From positions 34,045 through 98,044 of IMG/VR virus record IMGVR_UViG_3300047323_000694: a DNA stretch of 64,000 bases; one strand, given 5' to 3'. The position numbers and the translations under genes are program-made. The notes beneath the pieces were generated by a model, which made no database searches, had not been told where the DNA came from, and saw nothing but the letters and a program-made list of their open reading frames with translations. Positions 1 to 8,454 of the stretch are shown one piece after another; within the stretch, counting starts at the first letter, position 1, and each line of letters begins with the position of its first letter. The stretch is from a virus.

Positions 1-427
1 CGCTGGGTTGCGAAGATCCGTAACCTAGGCAGCACCACCGAGAGCAAGCACGCCACAATGATCACGCTCTTAGCTGACGCCCGGGTCGGTTTTCAGGACG
101 TCACGGACTTCTGGAAAGGCAACCCTTCGACTTGATGTTGCCGATGATCAACGGCAAGACGCTCAAAGGGAATTGTGATTTGTGCTTTCTCAAGGGCGCT
201 AAACAGATCTATTCAATCATCTCAAGCGAGCTTGGCTAATCGGCACCCAAGGGCGACTGGCAGGCGCAGCAAGAAAAAACGTCAAGTTAGGCAACGGGAC
301 AACAGGCTAAGGCGCTCTGTTCCGCTTCGACCGCCCCGGCTATCAGCAGATGCTCGCCTACTCAAACACTCAAATCGATATTTTCTCCGGGCATGATCGA
401 TCCGTTGGGTGTTTCTGCGGAGATTAG
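1..427 (+). pseudogene. Degraded 3' part of a phage PAPS-reductase-family (Nin-like) gene
   Basis: Joining three frames gives ...DVTDFWKG/PFDLMLPMINGKTLKGNCDLCFLKG.../LFRFDRPGYQQML...GCFCGD* (TAG 425-427), interrupted by frameshifts and stops; GNCDLCFLKG and the terminal CFCGD are typical of this phage family. Confidence 0.6.
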
Positions 428-843
428 GTATGTTTGAGAGCCGAGATAATCCCAGTGATCATGCCTGCACAACCAAAGAATATGGGTATCCAGAATGCAA
501 CGGCTTCCCTCTTTGCTTTTTGCTCTTCGCGTATCAACTTTCTTATTTCAAGAACTCCTATTTGAGTCAAATACTTGGGTTGCGATGGATCATTGTCGAA
601 ATCCACTGAATCCCAGAGCGATTTGTCGCTTCGATCCGGAAGTGGAAGATTTAAATCATCAGCTTTCCTGGAAAAATACTTGGTCATGACTAGCTGGCGC
701 CATTCGTAAATATTAGAAGCCTCTTGAATATAGGAGTGCCAGTCATCAGCGGGCTCGTGGGGCCTCTTTTTTTCATTTTCGGCTTCTGCCCGCCGTATTT
801 TCTTTAGATCATTCCTGTGTTCAAACCAATTCATAAACGACAT
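424..843 (-). CDS. Hypothetical moron protein with C-terminal transmembrane helix
   Basis: 139-aa AT-rich ORF opposite to its neighbours; hydrophobic tail AVAFWIPIFFGCAGMITGIISAL. Confidence 0.65.
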   Translation of the reverse strand: MSFMNWFEHRNDLKKIRRAEAENEKKRPHEPADDWHSYIQEASNIYEWRQLVMTKYFSRKADDLNLPLPDRSDKSLWDSVDFDNDPSQPKYLTQIGVLEIRKLIREEQKAKREAVAFWIPIFFGCAGMITGIISALKHT

Positions 844-892
844 CCGACTCCCTCCCTAGAATTTTTCTAGACTATACCGTCGAGGCTTAGCT

Positions 893-2062
893 ATGCCCAT
901 CATTTACGGTAGCGTGTGCAGCGGAATTGAAGCCGCGACAGCAGCCTGGCATCAACTAGGCATGCGTGCAGCTTGGTACGCCGAAATCGAACCCTTTCCC
1001 TGCGCGGTGCTGGCCCACCATTACCCCAACACACCAAACCTCGGCGACATGACCCGGCTCGCCGCTATGGTGTTATCCGGAATAATCGTCGCGCCCGACA
1101 TTCTGGTCGGAGGGACACCCTGCCAAGCCTTTTCTGTGGCCGGTATGCGCGAGGGTCTTTCCGATCCGCGCGGCGCCCTCACCATCAAATACGTGGAGCT
1201 TGCAGATGCAGTTGACCATGTTCGAATCCTGCGAAACGAACCCGAATCCATCATCGTCTGGGAGAACGTCCCGGGTGTCCTGTCCGACAAAGGCAACGCC
1301 TTCGGATGCTTTCTTGGCGCGCTTGCTGGGGAAAACTGCGAGTTGCAGCCTTCAGGGAAGCGCTGGCAGGACGTTGGTTGTGTGTATGGACCCAAAAGAA
1401 CAATCGCATGGAGGATTCTTGACGCCCAATATTTCGGCCTGGCCCAACGACGCCGCCGTGTGTTCGTTGTCGCAAGTGCTCGACCGGGGTTCGATCCCGC
1501 GTCGGTACTTCTTGAGCGAGAAGGCCTGCGCCGGGATTCTGCGCCGGGCCGAAGCCCGCTCAAGGCGGTTGCCGCCCTCACTTCAAGCGGCGTTGGAACA
1601 TGCGGCGCGGACGACAACCAAGCCCAGGCCGGCCACATCATCGCCACCTATGGCGGAGGACGGCGCGGCGGCCCCATCGATGTAGCAGCCTGCCTCGTGG
1701 CCAAAGGGCAAAAGCTGGATTTTGAAGTGGAAAGTTTTGTGGTGCATGGCACACAAGATCCATGTGTCAGCAGAGACATGGCCTTTGCGCTGGGGAGGAA
1801 CAGTGGACAGGAAAATGCCGTGTACGCCATGCAAGCGGCCGTACCGACTCATACATGGCAAAGGGTAAGGCGGCTGACACCCATCGAGTGTGAACGACTT
1901 CAGGGCTTTCCTGACAACTACACGCTGATTCCCTGGAGAAACAAGGCAGCGCAGGACTGCCCTGATGGGCCTCGATATCGAGCCATTGGAAACAGCAAGG
2001 CAGTGCCCGTCATACGCTGGATTGGCCTACGTATAAGTCGAGCACTGCATTCAAGCACCTGA
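893..2062 (+). CDS. DNA (cytosine-5) methyltransferase, phage type
   Basis: Motif I (SVCSGIEA), IV (GGTPCQAFS), VI (WENVPG), VIII (QRRRRVFVV), IX/X (RRLTPIECERLQGFP...IGNS). Confidence 0.93.
   Translation: MPIIYGSVCSGIEAATAAWHQLGMRAAWYAEIEPFPCAVLAHHYPNTPNLGDMTRLAAMVLSGIIVAPDILVGGTPCQAFSVAGMREGLSDPRGALTIKYVELADAVDHVRILRNEPESIIVWENVPGVLSDKGNAFGCFLGALAGENCELQPSGKRWQDVGCVYGPKRTIAWRILDAQYFGLAQRRRRVFVVASARPGFDPASVLLEREGLRRDSAPGRSPLKAVAALTSSGVGTCGADDNQAQAGHIIATYGGGRRGGPIDVAACLVAKGQKLDFEVESFVVHGTQDPCVSRDMAFALGRNSGQENAVYAMQAAVPTHTWQRVRRLTPIECERLQGFPDNYTLIPWRNKAAQDCPDGPRYRAIGNSKAVPVIRWIGLRISRALHSST
1206..1685 (+). CDS. Nested alternative-frame ORF inside the methyltransferase (candidate second subunit)
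   Basis: GGAG at 1195-1198 precedes ATG 1206; contains SLSQVL..IPRRYFLSEKACAGILRRAEAR, resembling a segment normally found within C5-MTases. Confidence 0.5.
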   Translation: MQLTMFESCETNPNPSSSGRTSRVSCPTKATPSDAFLARLLGKTASCSLQGSAGRTLVVCMDPKEQSHGGFLTPNISAWPNDAAVCSLSQVLDRGSIPRRYFLSEKACAGILRRAEARSRRLPPSLQAALEHAARTTTKPRPATSSPPMAEDGAAAPSM

Positions 2063-2220
2063 CTACTTCTTCTTTTCCTTGTCGCCTTTTTTTGCGCAGG
2101 AGTCCGATCATCACCTTTATTCGTTCGATGATCGTGCCCACCCGTCTCTTTTTGACGACCAGTAGAAATGACCCCTTTGCTGGTGCTGTCGTTCGAGTTT
2201 AGAAAATCGAAAATACCCAT
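2063..2220 (-). pseudogene. Small charged protein (~52 aa) frameshifted in an A7 tract
   Basis: RBS GGGAG before ATG 2220; adding one A to the tract at 2087-2093 gives PAQKKGDKEKKK* ending at TAG 2063-2065, adjacent to the methylase stop. Confidence 0.5.
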
Positions 2221-2402
2221 TTTTGCTCCCTGCTGTACCTGGCTGAACAACCATTTGTCTCATCCATGATAGCTCCAAATTGCCATCACGCCTCAACCTC
2301 AAATCGTTAATCCCCCATCCGCATGCCAATTGCCAGACGCAATCGGTACAGCATTCAACATGACAACAAACACCCCTCCTACGCATCACAGGAAGCTTCG
2401 CC

Positions 2403-2804
2403 ATGGCCAACACCAGCGCAAAGAGTGTAGAGGCGCCGCAATCCAGATTTATCCGCTTCAAGCATGCATGGGGATACCTGGGCATGTGCCGCGATGAATT
2501 TAACAAAACCGTCAGGCCCCACGTCCGGGAATTCCCCATTGGGAAACAGGGTGTGGGATTTGACAGGCATGAGCTGGACGAGTGGGCAGATGCCTACGTC
2601 GAGTCCATGTCGATTGAAAAAGAGAACAACCGAGTCAACAATCAGCCCCGCAGTGGGCGCCAAGGAGTCAATCAATGGCGCGCAAAACCATGTCCGGCCT
2701 CTACGAGAGGAACGGCATTTGGCACATCGACAAGATCGTCAGAGGTAGCCGAATTCAAGAAAGTACTGGAACGAGTGAAAGGCAAGAAGCAGAGCAATAC
2801 TTGA
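2403..2804 (+). CDS. Excisionase-like / HTH DNA-binding protein of the left element
   Basis: Immediately upstream of and overlapping the integrase; AlpA/Xis-like pattern AWGYLGMCRDEFNK..FDRHELDEW. Confidence 0.6.
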   Translation: MANTSAKSVEAPQSRFIRFKHAWGYLGMCRDEFNKTVRPHVREFPIGKQGVGFDRHELDEWADAYVESMSIEKENNRVNNQPRSGRQGVNQWRAKPCPASTRGTAFGTSTRSSEVAEFKKVLERVKGKKQSNT

Positions 2805-3853
2805 TCCATCGGCTCGAAAAGCTCAGGGAGCAAAGAGTGTACGGCGTGCGCCAGGTGCGAACCTGGCGGGAGGCAGCAACCCGATACCTGGTGGAGTTCA
2901 GCCACCAGACATCCATCGAGCTTACAGCGTCCCACCTCGAGCAGTTGGACCCGTACATTGGCGATCTGCCGATCACCCACATCGACGATGGGACGCTTGC
3001 ACAATTCATCAAGGATCGAAAAAGCCCGGGCAAAACGTCAAAGGGCAAGGTCAAGCCGGGAGTTGCCAACAGGACCGTTAACATCGCCTTACAGCGCGTC
3101 GTCAGGATCTTGAACCTGTGCGCGCGAAAATGGCGGGATGCGGAAAAACGTCCGTGGCTGGATTCGGTGCCGATGATCAGCATGCTGGAAGAAAAGAACA
3201 GCAGCCGTAAGCCCTACCCACTGTCGTGGGACGAGCAATCGGTGTTCTTTGCTGAGTTACCGGCGCACCTTCAGCGGATGGCGCTTTTCAAGGTCAACAC
3301 CGGGTGCCGCGAACAGGAAGTATGCAAACTGCGTTGGGATTGGGAGATTTACGTGCCGGAGCTGGAGACCAGCGTATTTCTGATCCCATATTCCTTCGGC
3401 GGGCGAAAGGAGAAGTCCGGCGTGAAGAATGGCGAGGACCGCCTTGTGATCCTGAATGGGGTCGCAAAGTCGGTAATTGATAGGCAACGAGGCCAAAGCG
3501 AGGAGTGGGTGTTTCCCTATGAAGGCAGGGCAATGCACAGGATGAACGACACGGCATGGCAAAACGCGCGGGAGCGTTCAGGCAAGATCTGGCAGGAAAA
3601 ATATTTAAAGCCGGCGCTGCCAGGTTTTGTATCACTCAGGGTTCACGATTTGAAACACACCTTTGGCAGAAGGCTGCGGGCGGCGGGCGTTACAGAGGAG
3701 GACAGAAAGGCATTGCTTGGGCATAAGAACGGCAGCATCACCAGCCACTACTCCACCGCAGAGCTGGGGCATTTGATTGACGCTGCGAATAAGGCGTCGT
3801 CCACCGACTCGCGTGGCCCGGCGTTGACAATACTAAGGAGGAAAACGGGATGA
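2675..3853 (+). CDS. int: Tyrosine recombinase / phage integrase (left element)
   Basis: TGCR, HDLKHTFGRRL, LLGH and HY catalytic motifs; ends 70 bp from a tRNA fragment. Confidence 0.93.
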   Translation: MARKTMSGLYERNGIWHIDKIVRGSRIQESTGTSERQEAEQYLIHRLEKLREQRVYGVRQVRTWREAATRYLVEFSHQTSIELTASHLEQLDPYIGDLPITHIDDGTLAQFIKDRKSPGKTSKGKVKPGVANRTVNIALQRVVRILNLCARKWRDAEKRPWLDSVPMISMLEEKNSSRKPYPLSWDEQSVFFAELPAHLQRMALFKVNTGCREQEVCKLRWDWEIYVPELETSVFLIPYSFGGRKEKSGVKNGEDRLVILNGVAKSVIDRQRGQSEEWVFPYEGRAMHRMNDTAWQNARERSGKIWQEKYLKPALPGFVSLRVHDLKHTFGRRLRAAGVTEEDRKALLGHKNGSITSHYSTAELGHLIDAANKASSTDSRGPALTILRRKTG

Positions 3854-3877
3854 ACCCCCGCAAAAGTCCCTGCGCGT

Positions 3878-3906
3878 AAAAAAGCCGAACTGGCTAGAGT
3901 TCGGCT
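3878..3906 (-). terminator. Rho-independent terminator downstream of the tRNA-Pro 3' end
   Basis: Minus strand AGCCGAAC-N8-GTTCGGCT followed by a T run. Confidence 0.7.
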
Positions 3907-3922
3907 AAGTCACTGAAAAATA

Positions 3923-3971
3923 TGGTCGGGACGGAGTGATTCGAACACTCGACCCCTAGCACCCCATGCTA
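3923..3971 (-). other. 3' fragment of tRNA-Pro(GGG); prophage att core
   Basis: Minus strand TAGCAT-GGG-GTGCTAGGGGTCGAGTGTTCGAATCACTCCGTCCCGACCA covers anticodon arm, T-arm and CCA; the 5' half (acceptor 5' strand, D-arm) is absent. Confidence 0.88.
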
Positions 3972-4185
3972 CGGTCAATACTCACATAACTCTATGATTT
4001 AATTGAAATACATAGGTATTCGAGCAAGCCAAATAATACGTTTTATTGTGGTTACGCAAACGAAAACACGCGGTCTCCAGCGCAGGTTTTGCGCAAGCTT
4101 GCGCCCCGCCCCCGGCGTCCTGCCGACATTCAAAACCATACCCTTTCATCACCTGACACTAGTCATCCATTCATCATCTCGATTA

Positions 4186-4201
4186 CTGTATATCCAAACA
4201 G
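4186..4201 (+). promoter_or_regulatory. LexA (SOS) box
   Basis: CTGTATATCCAAACAG = CTG-N10-CAG, 15 bp upstream of ORF 4217. Confidence 0.8.
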
Positions 4202-4216
4202 TATCGGATAATCCAC

Positions 4217-4573
4217 ATGTGCATCGACTACGACGCCGAGAACTGGCTCGGCAATCCGACCCGGGAAGAAATGCTCGAGCACCATAACAAGCTGATCGAG
4301 GCAGAGAACGAACTCCTGCGCCAGGAGGTTGACCGGTACCGGAAGAACCAGGCCAAGCTGATCGACATGGTTTCGGCATTGACGATCGAACGTGATCGGT
4401 TGGGCAAGGATCTGGAAACCACAAAAACACGCTTGTCTGAAACCAGCAGCCAGAGCTATGAAAGGATGCGGGAGATCAGCGAGCTACAGCGCGTCGTATC
4501 ACAGCGGGATGCGATCATGCGTCATTACGGAGTGCCTGAGGTCCTTTTCGGGTCGCCGCGCACTGAATCATAA
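4217..4573 (+). CDS. SOS-regulated small coiled-coil protein
   Basis: 118 aa with heptad pattern; LexA box directly upstream. Confidence 0.7.
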   Translation: MCIDYDAENWLGNPTREEMLEHHNKLIEAENELLRQEVDRYRKNQAKLIDMVSALTIERDRLGKDLETTKTRLSETSSQSYERMREISELQRVVSQRDAIMRHYGVPEVLFGSPRTES

Positions 4574-5058
4574 GCCGCCTCACACGCCAGCCCAGCTATT
4601 CGGGAAGAATCAGCGATTGCTGCCAGTTCCCGATTTCTTTGGACAGATTTGTCGAGCAGTCCGGCGAGCAGATCTGCGGAAGTGTCCCTTGGCGCGCAGC
4701 TGGTGCCAGAGCTGGAATTGCTGCGGGCGCGACCGGTGGCGAGTAGTTGCTCGACTTGCTTGCGCAGCCCGTCAGCAGCAGTAGAGGCAGTAGCAGCAGT
4801 AGCGCGGGCCTGATCGAGTCGTTTCGTTGCATCGGTCTGTACCTCTTCCATCTGGGATTGGCGGGATTGTTCGAGGGCGCGGGCGACTTCGGTGGCCTTG
4901 AGCGTTGCCGCGGTATCGGCCTTGTCGCGGTCTGACCACTTCGCCTGCCACCGGGCATCAGTGACGGTCACGCCGTGGTGATAGGCGCCGTAGAGAATCC
5001 CGGCGATGGACAGCAGGATCAGTAGCGCCGCCCCGGCTTTGGCATAGAGGGTGCTCAT
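4525..5058 (-). CDS. i-spanin (Rz-like, DUF2514-type)
   Basis: N-terminal TM helix, Ala-rich coiled coil, C-terminal GLACEAAYD; follows the endolysin. Confidence 0.85.
   Translation of the reverse strand: MSTLYAKAGAALLILLSIAGILYGAYHHGVTVTDARWQAKWSDRDKADTAATLKATEVARALEQSRQSQMEEVQTDATKRLDQARATAATASTAADGLRKQVEQLLATGRARSNSSSGTSCAPRDTSADLLAGLLDKSVQRNRELAAIADSSRIAGLACEAAYDSVRGDPKRTSGTP
4596..4832 (-). CDS. o-spanin (Rz1-like lipoprotein) nested in Rz
   Basis: MQRNDSIRPALLLLLPLLLLTG|C lipobox, Pro-rich, embedded out of frame in the i-spanin gene. Confidence 0.8.
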   Translation of the reverse strand: MQRNDSIRPALLLLLPLLLLTGCASKSSNYSPPVAPAAIPALAPAARQGTLPQICSPDCSTNLSKEIGNWQQSLILPE

Positions 5059-5660
5059 GCCAGCACCTTGAGCGCCTGCGAATACAGCGCCTGCCGGTCA
5101 GCGAGACCATTTGTGCCGCCGTTGATTCGCTTGGTGATGCCGATCAGATCCCCGGCGTCGGCCAGCTTGTTCAGCCCATTGATCGACGAGAACCATGCTG
5201 CTGACATCGCGGCATTCGCCGGCTGCTCGATCAATTCAGGGTGCGCGACCAGATCCAGGCCTAGGGCATCGCCGCATTCCTTGTAGTTCGACTTCCCGGT
5301 GATCTGGATCAGGCCGCGACCGCGATAGGTCCAGCCGTCACCCAGCGCCGTGTTGCCCATGCGGGCGGCGTAGACCACGTTCGCGATGCGCTCAGGCTGC
5401 CGGGCGAACTGCGCAGCCAACCCAGCATCAAACCGGGCGGGCCACGTCGCCACCAACGCATCGGCGCTGTAGTTCAGGTTTTCGACCAGTCGGGTCAGCT
5501 GGGCCGACTCATGGCCGACCTGCGCGATGAATGCCGCGATACGCAGTCGTGTGATGATCTGGTACTTGCCCATGGCCGTATTCAGCACAGGCGTGAAAGC
5601 TGCCGCCACCTTCGCCGAGTTCGGCAGGATCGCGACAAGCTGGGACTGGGTGATTGGCAT
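5055..5660 (-). CDS. Endolysin, glycoside hydrolase family 19
   Basis: FIAQVGHES, ENLNYS, YRGRGLIQITG, TKRINGG motifs; likely start MPITQ at 5660. Confidence 0.92.
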   Translation of the reverse strand: MPITQSQLVAILPNSAKVAAAFTPVLNTAMGKYQIITRLRIAAFIAQVGHESAQLTRLVENLNYSADALVATWPARFDAGLAAQFARQPERIANVVYAARMGNTALGDGWTYRGRGLIQITGKSNYKECGDALGLDLVAHPELIEQPANAAMSAAWFSSINGLNKLADAGDLIGITKRINGGTNGLADRQALYSQALKVLA

Positions 5661-5678
5661 TCCACTTTCCTCAAGACG

Positions 5679-5703
5679 AAAAAAAGCCCGCTCAAGGCAG
5701 GCT
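5679..5703 (-). terminator. Rho-independent terminator upstream of the endolysin
   Basis: Minus strand AGCCTGC-CTTGA-GCGGGCT followed by a T run. Confidence 0.65.
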
Positions 5704-5727
5704 CTGTGGCTGTATCGGTTTGGCAAG

Positions 5728-6291
5728 CTATGTCGCTGGCTGAACCACTGCCGAGGTTTCGTTGGTGTAGGGCTCAGGCTGTACCGGCCACGCCGGGGCG
5801 CTTGGCCATGTCGCTTGAGTCGATACACGGCCCAGCTTCACGTTGTAGCTGTTCCACGACTTGAGCTGGGCTTTGCGCACCGGCAATTCTGCGATTTCAG
5901 CCGCAGACGGTTCGATGTAGTCCTCGTCGTCAGGGTCTTGCTGGTTGATCAGGTAGTCGAGGGTGTTGACTCGGCCTTGTAGGGCGGTGACTTGGGCGTT
6001 TGCTTGGCGGCTCAAGGCGTTCAGCTTGTCGGTATTGACCTCAAGCCATTGAGCGCTAGTGGCAGGAATAATGACCCAAGCCTGGTAAGCATGACCATCC
6101 ACAATACGAACTGCCCCAGCAGCGTAGGTGTCTGGTGCGACTACAGTCGGTCGCGGATCCTCTTCTAGCACTGCGAAACCATACTCAAGCAAGGCCTCAT
6201 TTCCGACATCAGGAGGAAATCCGGTTAAAGGGAATAACTCCTGAAGCTGAATAGCATTGATAACTTCTAAGGTAGCCAAATTTACGTACAT
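5728..6291 (-). CDS. Tail fibre assembly / tail-associated protein
   Basis: C-terminal WNSYNVKLGRV..WPSAPAWP resembles tail-fibre chaperones; follows the RBP gene. Confidence 0.65.
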   Translation of the reverse strand: MYVNLATLEVINAIQLQELFPLTGFPPDVGNEALLEYGFAVLEEDPRPTVVAPDTYAAGAVRIVDGHAYQAWVIIPATSAQWLEVNTDKLNALSRQANAQVTALQGRVNTLDYLINQQDPDDEDYIEPSAAEIAELPVRKAQLKSWNSYNVKLGRVSTQATWPSAPAWPVQPEPYTNETSAVVQPAT

Positions 6292-6299
6292 GTTTTCAC

Positions 6300-7346
6300 C
6301 TAAGTCTTAGCTATTCTGGATGAAACGTTACCAGCAGAATATGAAGCGTCTGTAGATAAGTTTAAATAGAACGGCCCGCACTGCGCGCCGCCACCGTAAG
6401 AGCCACCGAAATAAAGAACTGCCGAAGCTCCGGCTGAATAACGATCGCCGGTAGCCCCGTCTGTTTGAGTGGCACTAGTTGAAGAGGGAACAAATGACGT
6501 CCTCAGGTCGTATCCAGTACCGGTAGCCGCCGAAAATGCGGTTGGGTAGCCGCTTACGGGAAGCGTAAGCGACGTACCAACATAGCTGGAATTCCCTGAG
6601 TTATCCCAAATCATGCAGCCCATACTTGAGCTAGAGCTTAAACCGTCTGCCATCTGCCAAACATTCGCCCAAAGTCCGACTATCCCCCTCCAAGTTGCTT
6701 GGGCGACGGTAGCGTTATTTACTTGTAGCGGCCCAAAATCAGCTGTCGAGTTTCCTTGCCCTAATACATTTTGCGCGTCAGGCGTCCCCAACTCTACAAT
6801 AAGAAGCAGTTGTATGGCTGAAATCTGATGATAGCTCCATATGGTAAACCCAGTGACAGACCCGGTGTTTCTAGCGCTAGCTCTGCTGCGCATTGTTGCG
6901 AAATCTAGATCAGCTATAGGGTATAGCCCGGGAAGCGAGCCAAGTTTTGACCCGTCTGCCACTGCCTGATATTTGCCAACCCATATCTGCGCTATAGGTG
7001 ATCCTCCGCTCCAGAATGCGGGATGCCTGACAAATCCGGGAGATGCGGTATCAGATATCCACCAAACCCTCTTTCCTGTGTATGGGCCTGACGTCAAAGT
7101 ATCGCCCTTAACAAAGAAGGCAGGAATTTTAATCATCGCCTGGCTATCTATCGTCTCCCCAATAATGGCGCTATATATAGGATGGCTAGCGAAATACCCT
7201 GCGCTCGGCGAAACGGCGTTCCCTAGCAAGTCGACTCTCTGCCAGACACCAGCGCCGCCGCTGCCTGCCGATATGAAAGCTATGCCGATTATCGGGGATG
7301 TAGTCGCCGCCGACGAAATCCTTCGCAACGCCGCAGCCAGCCTCAT
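6300..7346 (-). CDS. Receptor-binding protein with C-type-lectin (FGE-sulfatase/Mtd-like) fold
   Basis: KIPAF, HPAF, VGKYQA, GLWANVWQMADG and terminal GGSYGGGAQCGPFYL..S...NVSSRIAK; start MRLAAAL at 7346 overlaps the upstream stop. Confidence 0.65.
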   Translation of the reverse strand: MRLAAALRRISSAATTSPIIGIAFISAGSGGAGVWQRVDLLGNAVSPSAGYFASHPIYSAIIGETIDSQAMIKIPAFFVKGDTLTSGPYTGKRVWWISDTASPGFVRHPAFWSGGSPIAQIWVGKYQAVADGSKLGSLPGLYPIADLDFATMRSRASARNTGSVTGFTIWSYHQISAIQLLLIVELGTPDAQNVLGQGNSTADFGPLQVNNATVAQATWRGIVGLWANVWQMADGLSSSSSMGCMIWDNSGNSSYVGTSLTLPVSGYPTAFSAATGTGYDLRTSFVPSSTSATQTDGATGDRYSAGASAVLYFGGSYGGGAQCGPFYLNLSTDASYSAGNVSSRIAKT

Positions 7347-7720
7347 GTCGAAGGCCCCGCATACAGATTCCACGCCGTCCCGTTGACCGTGGAGTAAATG
7401 TACTCGGCCAGCTTGCTCGCAGCAGGCGTGGCTGGAGTCGTGCCGCCTGACGTGATTGGGGTCGTGCCTGTCGGCTGCGTCAGCGTGTACGCTGTCGAGC
7501 CTTGGCGAACCCGGACAAGCACGGTGTACGTTTCCCCGGACGGCGTTGGCACATTGGAGAATGCCAGGGTGGCATTCCCCGTCAGCGTGATATCGAAGAT
7601 CGACCCCAGCGAGCAATCCAGCGTTACGGTTCCGGTAGCGGTCGCGTTCGTGACGGTCTTGTCAAAGTAGCCGACGGCGCTGAGCAGCCGTACAACTAGT
7701 TTTGCTCCGACGAAGTTCAT
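7343..7720 (-). CDS. Small virion structural / fibre protein
   Basis: Thr/Gly-rich beta-type sequence in the tail cluster, coupled to its neighbours. Confidence 0.65.
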   Translation of the reverse strand: MNFVGAKLVVRLLSAVGYFDKTVTNATATGTVTLDCSLGSIFDITLTGNATLAFSNVPTPSGETYTVLVRVRQGSTAYTLTQPTGTTPITSGGTTPATPAASKLAEYIYSTVNGTAWNLYAGPST

Positions 7721-8443
7721 TTACGCCACCACGGTGACGCGGTACTGGCCGGTCGTAGGCGCAGTGCCGAACGTGAGCTGCACCGTGTTCACGCCGTTAG
7801 CCACGTTGTCGACGATGACCTGCTCGTTCGAGCTGACCAGGCGGACCATGACCAGCACGTCCTGAGTGTTCAGGTTGTGCGTGAAGGTGATAGTGGTTGC
7901 CGTGCCGTCGCCAATGGTGGCTGAGGCTTTACGAGCGACGACAGTAGGGTCGACAGCGATAACGCCGCTGGTGATGGTGACGCCATTGCCTGCGGTGTAC
8001 GTTGCCCCGCCGCCAATCTGGGCGAATACCAGCGCTGTGGTGCCTATGGTGATTGGCGCGTCGGTAGTTTGCAGCCAGATGGTGTTGCCCAGTGTTGTGC
8101 CTTCGCTGATGAAGGTCGCGGCAGCCAAAGCCTCGGCGCCGGTGTCGAAGTCAGTCGCGCGGGTCCATGCGCCAGTGGCGGCAAGGTAGATACCATTTCC
8201 GGAACCTGCGGTTTGGCTCTTAACCAGCACACGGTCACCGGCAACAACGGAAACACCATCGATGGTCTGGGCGCCGGACAGGGTGATGTTGGCTGTGGTA
8301 GCCGCACGCACTGGCTGCTTCCACGAAAAGCCCTGGATGGCTGCCTGAAGCTGGGCGTATGTCACTGCGTCTTGCGGGTTAACGGCGTCCTTCAAGTTGA
8401 TGAAAGCAAAGCCACTACCATCCAGCGTGTTCGTGATTTTCAT
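7721..8443 (-). CDS. Virion fibre / decoration protein
   Basis: WKQPVRAATTANITLSGAQTIDGV..GDRVLVK.Q..NGIY..WTRATD motif common in phage tail fibres. Confidence 0.75.
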   Translation of the reverse strand: MKITNTLDGSGFAFINLKDAVNPQDAVTYAQLQAAIQGFSWKQPVRAATTANITLSGAQTIDGVSVVAGDRVLVKSQTAGSGNGIYLAATGAWTRATDFDTGAEALAAATFISEGTTLGNTIWLQTTDAPITIGTTALVFAQIGGGATYTAGNGVTITSGVIAVDPTVVARKASATIGDGTATTITFTHNLNTQDVLVMVRLVSSNEQVIVDNVANGVNTVQLTFGTAPTTGQYRVTVVA

Positions 8444-8454
8444 GCGGGTCTACC

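Larger units (their letters stand above)
1..3922 (+). mobile_element. Terminal part of a prophage-like element with its own integrase
   Basis: Phage-type MTase, xis-like gene and integrase ending at a tRNA att core. Confidence 0.7.

Noticed and set aside
893-2062. Restriction-modification system
   Set aside because: No adjacent endonuclease recognised for either methyltransferase; both look like orphan phage MTases
3923-3999. Intact tRNA-Pro gene
   Set aside because: Similarity stops at 3971; the D-arm and 5' acceptor strand are missing
6300-7616. Complete diversity-generating retroelement, and the 438-aa version of this ORF
   Set aside because: No reverse transcriptase, avd or template repeat seen; the N-terminal extension overlaps the real gene 7343-7720, so the start is placed at 7346
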